Below, piece after piece: positions 7,271 to 14,189 of a stretch of 32,000 nt of DNA. The notes under the pieces are model-generated. The model was not told the DNA's origin, ran no database searches, and saw only the letters and a list, made by a program, of their open reading frames with translations. How positions within the stretch are numbered: the stretch's first letter is position 1; each line of letters begins with the position of its first letter. Both the position numbers and the translations under genes were made by a program. This DNA comes from Brachybacterium equifaecis (GTDB lineage: Bacteria > Actinomycetota > Actinomycetes > Actinomycetales > Dermabacteraceae), in assembly GCF_023509525.1 (NCBI RefSeq), contig NZ_JAKNCJ010000007.1, positions 79,727 through 111,726 on the forward strand, in the 5' to 3' direction.

Positions 7271-8911
7271 TCAGTCGTCGTGCCCGATCTTCTCGTTGAT
7301 GATGCTCTTGTAGAGCACGGCCTTGCCGCCGTAGACGGCCTGGACGCCGCCGGCGACCTCGAAGACGTCGACCGCGCCGAGCTGGCGCAGCCGGGCCTTG
7401 TCGACCTTCGCGGGGTCGTGCACCGAGACGCGCAGGCGGGTGATGCAGGCGTCGACGTCCTCGAGGTTCTCCGCGCCGCCGAGGGCCTCGATGATCTGCA
7501 CCGACTCCTGCTCGAGGACCTCCTGCTTGGAGCCCTTCACCGCGGCCGACGACGCAAGGCTCGGGGCGGCAGCGGCCGCAGGGGCGGCGGAGGTCGCTGC
7601 CTCGTCCTCCGCGTCGGCCTCCGCGCCTCGGCCGGGGGTCGCGAGGTTGAAGCGGGTGATGAAGAAGCGGAAGGCCACGTAGTACAGGCCGAACCAGATC
7701 AGGCCCACGGGGATCACGTACATCCAGTGGGTCTTGTCCTGGCCCTGGAGGATGCCGAAGAGGGTGAAGTCGATGGCGCCGCCGGAGAACGTGTTGCCGA
7801 TGCGGATCTGCAGGAGGTCGGCGATGAGGAACGACAGGCCGTCGAGGAACGCGTGGAACACGTACAGCAGCGGCGCGACGAACAGGAACATGTACTCGAT
7901 GGGCTCGGTGATGCCCGTGATGAACGAGGTCAGCGCGACGCCGAGGAACAGACCCGCGAACTTCTTCCGGCGGCCCTTCGGCACGCAGTGGTACATCGCC
8001 AGGCATGCGCCCGGCAGGCCGAACATCATGGTGTCGAAGCGGCCCGCGAAGTACTTCGTGCCCTCGGTGTAGAGCCCCTGGTGGGTGGGGTCGGCGAGCT
8101 GCGCGAAGAAGATGGCCTGGGCGCCGGAGACGCTCTGGCCTGCGACGACCTCGGTGCCGCCGAGCGGGGTGTACCAGAACATCGGGTAGATCATGTGGTG
8201 CAGGCCGACGGCCCCGGAGAGCCGCAGCAGGAACCCGTAGAGGAACGTACCGAACGCGCCGAGCCCGGCGATGCCCTCGCCCGCGGAGACCAGAAGGTGC
8301 TGGAACGGCGGCCAGATGAGAAAGAACAGTGCGCCGATCGGGATCGCGATCAGCGAGACGATGATCGGCACGAAGCGGGATCCGCCGAAGAAGCCGAGGA
8401 TCTGCGGGAGCTGGATGTTGTGGTACCGGTTGTGCAGCCACACAGCGACCGCGCCGATCACCAGCGCGCCGACGATCCCCGTGTCGATGGCGGCACCCTC
8501 GGGGTCGAAGATGGTCAGCAGCGAGGCGGTGGTGCCGGTCATCACGAGGTAGCCGACGATGCCGGCGAGGGCCGCGGTGCCCTTGTCCCGCTTCGCCAGG
8601 CCGATGCACAGGCCGATCGACAGCAGCAGAGCGAGGTTCGCGAAGACCACGGAGCCGGCGTCTGCCAGCACCGTGAACAGGCCCTGCAGGACCGGGTTGT
8701 CGAGCACCGGGTAGGTGGCGACGGTGGTGGGGTTCGACAGCGCCCCGCCGACGCCGAGGAGGAGACCGGCGGCGGGAAGGATCGCGATCGGCAGCATGAA
8801 CGCCTTGCCGATCTTCTGGAGCTGCTTGAACGGAGCGCCGGCGCGCTCCTTGAGGGACCTGGGGGACTCGGCCGGAGCGACGGCGCTCGCCGAGGGGGAT
8901 GCGGAGGACAT
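7271..8911 (-). CDS. PTS glucose/N-acetylglucosamine-family EIICB permease
   Basis: 546 aa. The EIIC core has KIGKAFMLPIAILPAAGLLLG...GITEPIEYMFLF. The C-terminal EIIB has the phospho-Cys motif DACITRLRVSV. Confidence 0.9.
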   Translation of the reverse strand: MSSASPSASAVAPAESPRSLKERAGAPFKQLQKIGKAFMLPIAILPAAGLLLGVGGALSNPTTVATYPVLDNPVLQGLFTVLADAGSVVFANLALLLSIGLCIGLAKRDKGTAALAGIVGYLVMTGTTASLLTIFDPEGAAIDTGIVGALVIGAVAVWLHNRYHNIQLPQILGFFGGSRFVPIIVSLIAIPIGALFFLIWPPFQHLLVSAGEGIAGLGAFGTFLYGFLLRLSGAVGLHHMIYPMFWYTPLGGTEVVAGQSVSGAQAIFFAQLADPTHQGLYTEGTKYFAGRFDTMMFGLPGACLAMYHCVPKGRRKKFAGLFLGVALTSFITGITEPIEYMFLFVAPLLYVFHAFLDGLSFLIADLLQIRIGNTFSGGAIDFTLFGILQGQDKTHWMYVIPVGLIWFGLYYVAFRFFITRFNLATPGRGAEADAEDEAATSAAPAAAAAPSLASSAAVKGSKQEVLEQESVQIIEALGGAENLEDVDACITRLRVSVHDPAKVDKARLRQLGAVDVFEVAGGVQAVYGGKAVLYKSIINEKIGHDD

Positions 8912-8940
8912 GACGGCTCACCTCTACGTGAGTGCGGTCA

Positions 8941-8967
8941 GGTCTCGCCTCCGCGGAGTAACGACCC
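8941..8967 (-). promoter_or_regulatory. RAT (ribonucleic antiterminator) element, target of the BglG/LicT-type regulator, in the PTS operon leader
   Basis: Minus strand reads GGGTCGTTACTCCGCGGAGGCGAGACC. The recalled RAT consensus is GGATTGTTACTGC-N4-GCAGGCAAAACC. The conserved GTTACT, the paired CTCC/GGAG (for CTGC/GCAG) and the AGGC-A-ACC tail are all present. It ends 29 nt before the EIICB ATG. Confidence 0.6.
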
Positions 8968-8981
8968 TGTCAGTGGGGTCC

Positions 8982-9011
8982 AGGGTAGCGGTGGGGTCGG
9001 GTGGGGGACAA
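8982..9011 (-). promoter_or_regulatory. Putative promoter of the PTS operon
   Basis: Minus strand reads TTGTCC (9011-9006), an 18-nt spacer, then TACCCT (8987-8982). The predicted start is a few nt upstream of the RAT, as in other RAT-controlled leaders. Confidence 0.3.
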
Positions 9012-9040
9012 GGACATTGGGCCCGGGGGAAGCGTGTGAG

Positions 9041-9070
9041 GGGCCGACGGGGGAGGGCCGACGGGCCGAC
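9041..9070. repeat. Three overlapping direct copies of GGGCCGAC(GGG) in the 3' flank of the giant gene
   Basis: GGGCCGACGGG at 9041-9051 and 9055-9065, and GGGCCGAC at 9063-9070. Function unknown. Confidence 0.5.
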
Positions 9071-9096
9071 CCCGCCGCTTCCCGTCCGGCCCCCCA

Positions 9097-12000
9097 TCAC
9101 CGCACCGCCGACGACCCCGGCAGGATCCCTCCCTCGAGCATCCGCGCGAACGCCCCCTCCGTCACGATCGGGATGCCATACGTGCGCGCCTTCGCGGCCT
9201 TGCCCGACAGGGAGTCGGGATCGCCCGCGACGACGAGCTTGGTCTTCTTGGTGACGCCACCGGGGTCGAGCCCGAGGCGGCGAGCGTCGGCCTCCCACTG
9301 CTCGCGGTCGCGCTGCATGGAGCCGGTGAAGACGATGCGGTCGCCCGGCTCGAGGGTGATGCCTGCGGTGCGGATGCTCTCACGGCCTGGGGTGATGCCT
9401 TGGGCGCGGTTCGACTCGGCCCGGCTCAGCGCCCGGTCGATATCGGAGTCGGTGAGGCCGAGCGCGGCCGCCGTGCGGTCCATCTCCTCGCGCTCCTCAT
9501 CGGTGACCACGCCATCGGCGAGGACGACCTCGGCCAGGGCGTCGAGGTAGGAGGCGTGCAGCTCGAGCGCCTGATCGCGGGAGAGGCCGAGCTCTGAGGC
9601 AAGCGAGACCAGCTCCTCCTTCTCGTGGTGGCTGAGCACGCCATCGAGCAGGGCGCGCTCGAGGACGGCCAGATACGACTCCGCGTTCAGTCCGGCGGCG
9701 CGCGGGATGGAGGATGTCATCCGCTCGAGCCAACCGGCCGGGGCCACAGATCGGGCCTGCTCGCGGTGCAGCAGGGCCACCCCATCGCCCGCAACGCCCA
9801 GCGCCGGCCAGGTGAAGCGCTGCGCGTCCTCGAGGATCTCCTGCCACGGGAGAGGAGAACCGTCGAGCAGACCCAGGTAGTGCCTGAGGAGTGCGGCAGT
9901 CGCGCGGGCGTCACCTCCGGCGGAGTGAGCGTCCCTCAGATCGATCCCCGCCGCGCCGCAGCAGTCGACGAGTTTGCGTGAGGGAGCCTCCAAGAAGGTG
10001 CCCGACCAGTGCATCGTGCACAAGCTCGGCAGAGGCTCGAGGGGAACGCGGCCGGCGCGGGTCAGCTCGGCGCTCAGGAAGCGCATATCGAAGGGGGCGT
10101 TGTGTGCGACGAGCACGCGACCATCGGCGGCTGCCGCAAGGCGGGGAAGGATCTCGTGGAACGAGGGCGCGGCGGCGACGTCGCTCGCGGTGATGCCGTG
10201 GATGTGGGAGTTCGGAATGTCCCGGCCCGGGTTCAGGAGCGTGGACCACTCGTCCTCGATCTCCCCGGTGGGGGAGACCTGCACGACGCCGAGCTCGAGC
10301 ACGCGGTGGTGGCGACCCGGAGAGAGACCCGTGGTCTCGAGGTCGATCACGGTGTACCCCGACCCTCGGGAAGATGCGGAGGTGCTGCTGACCGCGGCCC
10401 GGCGCCCGTGGCGCGGAGCGGCATCGGCCGAGGGCGCGGGCGACGGCTCGACGGGTTCTGCAGAAGCCGAGGCCTCCGACACGGACTCGACCGTCGGCGC
10501 GGAAGCAGGAGGCACCGCAATCGGCGTACTGGAGTCCTCCGCCGATACCTGGTCGGCGGCACCATCGCCGGGTGAGGGGTCGGCGCCGGCGAGACCGAGA
10601 CGCTTGCGCTCCTCGGCGACGAGAGTCTTCTGCAGGCTGATCTCGTCGGTCTGGATGGCAGAGCCGTGGCCGTCCTTCGTGGCCGACTCGCGTGCGTAGT
10701 CGTCGAACACGGCGGTCTTCTGCGCGAGGAGCTCGACGATGCGGGAGTCCACACCCTCTACGGAGAGCAGCCGGTGCACCTGCACGGAGCGCTGCTGGCC
10801 CATCCGGTAGGCGCGCGCGATGGCCTGCACCTCGAGGGAGGGCTTGATCTGGGGCTCGCAGATGACGACGACGGACGCGGACTGAATGTTCAGGCCCTCG
10901 CCGCCGGCTTCGATCTGGCTGACGAGGACTGCACCCCCGGGCTGGGAGCTGAATTCGTCGACCAGCATCTGGCGTTGCTCGGGGCTGACGGAGCCGGTCA
11001 GCGGGCCGAAAACCGGGCCGGGCAGGAGCCCGACGAGAGAGTCCAGAGCTGCGCGGAAGTACGAGAAGACGAGGACCTTGCGATCGTTCTGGATGGCCTC
11101 TTCGCAGATGTCGATGAGCTGCTCGATCTTCAGGGAGCGCAGGCCTCCGCGCATCGCCGCCTGACGCATCCCCATGAAGTTCCCGCTCGCGACGGCGCTC
11201 TCGTAGTGCTGACGGTCGACGTCGGAGAACTCGACCCAGTCCTCGACCTCCACGAGATCAGGCAGCTCGCGCAGGACGTCCTCCTGGTTCCTGCGCAGAT
11301 AGGCCGGAGCGATGTGCCGACGGAAGGCCGCGGGAAGAAGGCCCTCGGCGGAGCGCGCGAGATCAGGGTTCATGTACCCGAGCAGAGTGCGGAACTCCTC
11401 GAGCCGGTTCTCCAGTGGGGTGCCGGTCATGAGGATGGCGTGCTCAGCTCGGCCGATCTGACTCTGCGCGGCCTTCGTGCGCTGGGCGGCGGGATTCTTG
11501 ATCTTGTGCGCCTCATCGACCACGACGGTGTGCAGCGTGGTGAACTCACCGTTGCGCAGCAGCGCACCGAGGGTCGCGAAGGTCGTGATGCCGACGCCGC
11601 CCGTGGCCTGCCACTGCCGCACCGCCTCATCGCGCCCGGGACCGTGGAGCCGGAACGCAGGCAGCTGCGTCTTCGAGCCGATTTCGCGCATCCAGTTGGT
11701 GAGCACGGACGCAGGGCAGATCACGAGCGTGCGGTCCTGCCCTTGCTTGTGGAGGTGGGTGATCGCGGCGAGCGCCTCGACGGTCTTGCCGAGTCCCATC
11801 TCGTCACCGATGATGACGCGCTTCTGCAGGAGCGCGAAGCGGGCGGCGAACTGCTGGTAGCGCCGCAGGCTCGGCAGCGTGAGCAGGGTGGTGTCGAGGT
11901 CGACGTCCTCGATGAGGCGGATGAGCGGCTCGGGAAGATCGCCGTGGGTGTTCGTGACGATCCGCTTCTCAAAGCCCATCGCGCTGAGCTGGGCGACGTA

Positions 12001-13254
12001 GAGCGCGGTGTTCTCCGCGAGGTCCTGAGTGGGATCAGCGGAGAGACGCGCACGGGCGGTCTCGTCGAGGTGTTCGCCGCGGTGGTTCCGCTCTATCCGA
12101 TCGGCGATGTCGATGAGCCGCTGAGCTGCGCCGCGCGCAACTCCCCCACTGCCCGCGATGATGAGCGAGGGGGAGGACCCGAGTTCGGGAGCGAAGAGGT
12201 CCCGGGGGTCTGTTCTCGAGGCGGAAGGCATTGGTACGGCACCGAGCTCGTGAGCAAAGTGGAGATCCTCGGCATCGTCGCGGTGGATCAGTTCGAGGCG
12301 CTGTACATCATGGAGCAGGGCGGCCAGATGCTGGATCGCCGGATCCTCCAGGCGAGTGAGGTCGATCTGGGCCTGCTCACGTGCCCGGGCCTGGAGTCCC
12401 TGGGCCTCGCGAATGAGTGTGGTCGCCATGGCGTTGCTGATGCCGTTGATGGTGCCGAGTCTGTGCGTGCCGGTGGCGAGGATGTCCGCGACGGTGCGGA
12501 TCCCTGCGCCGGCCAGCGCGCTCGTGGGGAAGCGCCCAGTGATCTGGCTGCGGAAGTGGTCCATGTCGATGTCGGCGAGGGCGCGCTGCGTATCGGCGAC
12601 CAGGACGGCTCGGGCCGCCAGATCCGCTGCGGCGGTGGCATCTTCCGTGCGTACTTCGGCGCTCAGCAGAGTGATCAGGGCAGAGCGGATGCGGAGGGTG
12701 AGCTCAGACGAAAGCGCGACTACGGCATGCGTGCGCGTGGGGCTTGCGACCTCGATGGTGCGGCACAGCTCGGCGGCGCTAGCGGGGCGGGAGACGGGAA
12801 CCTCGAAGGGGAGCTGCAAGGCGCGGGCAGCGTCGGGGTGCTGCGACGTCGCGATCTCGTTCTGGAGGAAGGTGAGGGCGGCCGCTTGGACCTGGGCATG
12901 AGGGCGCCCGCCGAGGATGCGATCGAGGAATCCTCGTGGCTTCGGCTCTGCGTCACTGATCGCGGTGGGGAGGGACGTGCGCATCGCCTCCATCCATACG
13001 GCGGATTCGGGCGTGGGGCTGGGCTGTGCCTGATCACGGCGCAGCGCGGCGACGCCTGACTCATCCTCGGGGGTGAGGAAGCTCCAGGTGAAGTCCGACG
13101 GAGAGCGGGGACTCCCTGGGGGGAGGAGTGCTTCGGCTGCGCGCTGGGCCTTCTGCGTGATCGCGTGACGATCGCTCAGCACACGTTCGATGCGTTCATG
13201 GAGCGTTCGTGCTTGCGCGATGAGCTGCTGGGCGACGTCGGTGTCGGGTTCCAC
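9097..13254 (-). CDS. 1385-aa multidomain protein: unknown N-terminal region, SNF2-family ATPase, DEDDh (DnaQ-like) 3'-5' exonuclease, TerB-like repeats, BRCT domain
   Basis: GTG 13254 with GAAGGA 5 nt upstream. SNF2 motifs: GDEMGLGKT, VVVDEAHKIKN, MTGTPLENRLEEF, QAIARAYRMGQ (aa about 460-850). An Ala/Ser/Pro-rich linker spans aa about 885-965. Exonuclease motifs: VIDLETTGL, VAHNAPFDMRFL, HSAGGDARATA (aa about 966-1130). TerB-like repeats: LLDGVLSHHEKEEL and LADGVVTDEEREEM. BRCT: IVFTGSM...KLVVAGDPDSLSGKAAKA..GIPIV (aa about 1300-1375). Confidence 0.85.
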   Translation of the reverse strand: MEPDTDVAQQLIAQARTLHERIERVLSDRHAITQKAQRAAEALLPPGSPRSPSDFTWSFLTPEDESGVAALRRDQAQPSPTPESAVWMEAMRTSLPTAISDAEPKPRGFLDRILGGRPHAQVQAAALTFLQNEIATSQHPDAARALQLPFEVPVSRPASAAELCRTIEVASPTRTHAVVALSSELTLRIRSALITLLSAEVRTEDATAAADLAARAVLVADTQRALADIDMDHFRSQITGRFPTSALAGAGIRTVADILATGTHRLGTINGISNAMATTLIREAQGLQARAREQAQIDLTRLEDPAIQHLAALLHDVQRLELIHRDDAEDLHFAHELGAVPMPSASRTDPRDLFAPELGSSPSLIIAGSGGVARGAAQRLIDIADRIERNHRGEHLDETARARLSADPTQDLAENTALYVAQLSAMGFEKRIVTNTHGDLPEPLIRLIEDVDLDTTLLTLPSLRRYQQFAARFALLQKRVIIGDEMGLGKTVEALAAITHLHKQGQDRTLVICPASVLTNWMREIGSKTQLPAFRLHGPGRDEAVRQWQATGGVGITTFATLGALLRNGEFTTLHTVVVDEAHKIKNPAAQRTKAAQSQIGRAEHAILMTGTPLENRLEEFRTLLGYMNPDLARSAEGLLPAAFRRHIAPAYLRRNQEDVLRELPDLVEVEDWVEFSDVDRQHYESAVASGNFMGMRQAAMRGGLRSLKIEQLIDICEEAIQNDRKVLVFSYFRAALDSLVGLLPGPVFGPLTGSVSPEQRQMLVDEFSSQPGGAVLVSQIEAGGEGLNIQSASVVVICEPQIKPSLEVQAIARAYRMGQQRSVQVHRLLSVEGVDSRIVELLAQKTAVFDDYARESATKDGHGSAIQTDEISLQKTLVAEERKRLGLAGADPSPGDGAADQVSAEDSSTPIAVPPASAPTVESVSEASASAEPVEPSPAPSADAAPRHGRRAAVSSTSASSRGSGYTVIDLETTGLSPGRHHRVLELGVVQVSPTGEIEDEWSTLLNPGRDIPNSHIHGITASDVAAAPSFHEILPRLAAAADGRVLVAHNAPFDMRFLSAELTRAGRVPLEPLPSLCTMHWSGTFLEAPSRKLVDCCGAAGIDLRDAHSAGGDARATAALLRHYLGLLDGSPLPWQEILEDAQRFTWPALGVAGDGVALLHREQARSVAPAGWLERMTSSIPRAAGLNAESYLAVLERALLDGVLSHHEKEELVSLASELGLSRDQALELHASYLDALAEVVLADGVVTDEEREEMDRTAAALGLTDSDIDRALSRAESNRAQGITPGRESIRTAGITLEPGDRIVFTGSMQRDREQWEADARRLGLDPGGVTKKTKLVVAGDPDSLSGKAAKARTYGIPIVTEGAFARMLEGGILPGSSAVR

Positions 13255-13310
13255 GGGGGTCCTTCGGGAGATGAATGCGAGGGCGCGCCTCTACGGGTCG
13301 CCTGTTGGAA

Positions 13311-13340
13311 GCGCTGGGCCAGCCGAATCCGGCCCAGCGC
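13311..13340. promoter_or_regulatory. Perfect 10-bp inverted repeat with 10-nt spacer in the divergent intergenic region
   Basis: GCGCTGGGCC-AGCCGAATCC-GGCCCAGCGC. It lies 57 nt upstream of the giant gene's GTG and 139 nt upstream of ATG 13479. No gene reads into it, so an operator is more likely than a terminator. Confidence 0.5.
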
Positions 13341-13478
13341 CGGGGCTCTCCGAGAGTACGGGAGGGGTAGGACTATTCGACGCCGTCAGCGACGGTGAGG
13401 CGAGTTGCTCCTGATGAGACATAATGGCCCGAACCCAGATGGACCTTTGACCTCCCCCTTCAGAACGGATGAGCGCCC

Positions 13479-14126
13479 ATGAACAGCACCGATCGGGAAC
13501 TCCCCGGCATCTTCTGCCTGGAGGGCGAGTGGAGCGATGACCTGCAGAGCCGGCTCAGCGTGCGCCCGCTGCTGGAGCTCCTCGAGAGCCTCGAGATCGC
13601 GCAGTCGATCCACAGGGATGTCGCGACGGTAGGAGACTTCGGGTACTACCTGGACAAGTGGCAGGAAGACAGGTACCAGAACTTCGGAATCCTCTACCTC
13701 GCAATGCACGGAGATCGAGAGACCATCCACCTCGGCGGCGATGAGGTCACTCTCGCAGAGCTGGGGGAAGCCCTGAAGGGCCTCTGCGCCGGCCGGGTCA
13801 TCTATTTCGGTTCCTGCTCGACGATGAAGGCGGGCGACAAGGAGCTCATGGAGTTCGCGAAGATGACCAAGGCCCGCGCGGTCGTCGGGTACCGACGTGT
13901 GGTCGATTGGACCGAGGTCGCCCCGTTCGAGCTGGTGCTCCTCCAGGAGCTGGCCACGCGGGTCAGGTCCACCGCCATCTTCCGTAGCCTCAGCGACAAC
14001 CACCCCGTGATGGCGAAGAAGCTCGGTCTGGTCGTGGCGACGAAGAGCGGGGTCCAGAAGGTCGCTCTGCGCGAACGTCTGGGAGGTGAGACCGACAAAT
14101 CGGGGCGGCGCGACGGCCAGCTCTGA
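13479..14126 (+). CDS. Uncharacterised 215-aa protein with a caspase/CHAT-like His...Cys arrangement
   Basis: Clean ORF with normal composition. A hydrophobic strand ends in His-Gly (GILYLAMHGD). About 36 residues later a hydrophobic strand ends in Cys (RVIYFGSCST). The N-terminus GIFCLEGEW begins an alpha/beta fold. The gene is convergent with brxL and divergent from the SNF2 giant. Confidence 0.7.
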   Translation: MNSTDRELPGIFCLEGEWSDDLQSRLSVRPLLELLESLEIAQSIHRDVATVGDFGYYLDKWQEDRYQNFGILYLAMHGDRETIHLGGDEVTLAELGEALKGLCAGRVIYFGSCSTMKAGDKELMEFAKMTKARAVVGYRRVVDWTEVAPFELVLLQELATRVRSTAIFRSLSDNHPVMAKKLGLVVATKSGVQKVALRERLGGETDKSGRRDGQL

Positions 14127-14189
14127 ATGCTTGATTCAAGGATGGCCGACGGGAATACTGGCGAGCGGCAGGGCGCGGCCCGATACTGT

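Noticed and set aside
3706-7299. 1197-aa plus-strand ORF
   Set aside because: It runs antisense across five well-supported minus-strand genes (ParD-like, HhH protein, nanE, PRD antiterminator, EIIA). It has no recognisable motifs and an Arg/Gly/Ala-rich composition.
6681-8921. 746-aa minus-strand ORF suggesting one large PTS protein
   Set aside because: Its first ~570 codons are an out-of-frame shadow of the EIICB gene (Arg/Pro-rich nonsense). Only the last 175 codons, from ATG 7208 with a strong RBS, encode EIIA.
9040-9096. Intrinsic terminator after the SNF2 giant gene
   Set aside because: The best stem is about 7 bp (GGGCCGG/UCGGCCC) with a 16-nt loop and no U-tract. The region is better described as GGGCCGAC direct repeats.
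7280-9550. 756-aa plus-strand ORF
   Set aside because: It is antisense to the EIICB gene and to the 3' end of the SNF2 giant, with low-complexity Asp/Glu/Arg/Gly composition.
10666-13059. 797-aa plus-strand ORF
   Set aside because: It is antisense to the SNF2 ATPase region, where every helicase motif is found on the minus strand.
14127-14189. Bidirectional terminator between the convergent 215-aa gene and brxL
   Set aside because: I found no convincing stem-loop in the 63-nt gap, only short GGCCG/CGGCC matches separated by an oversized loop.
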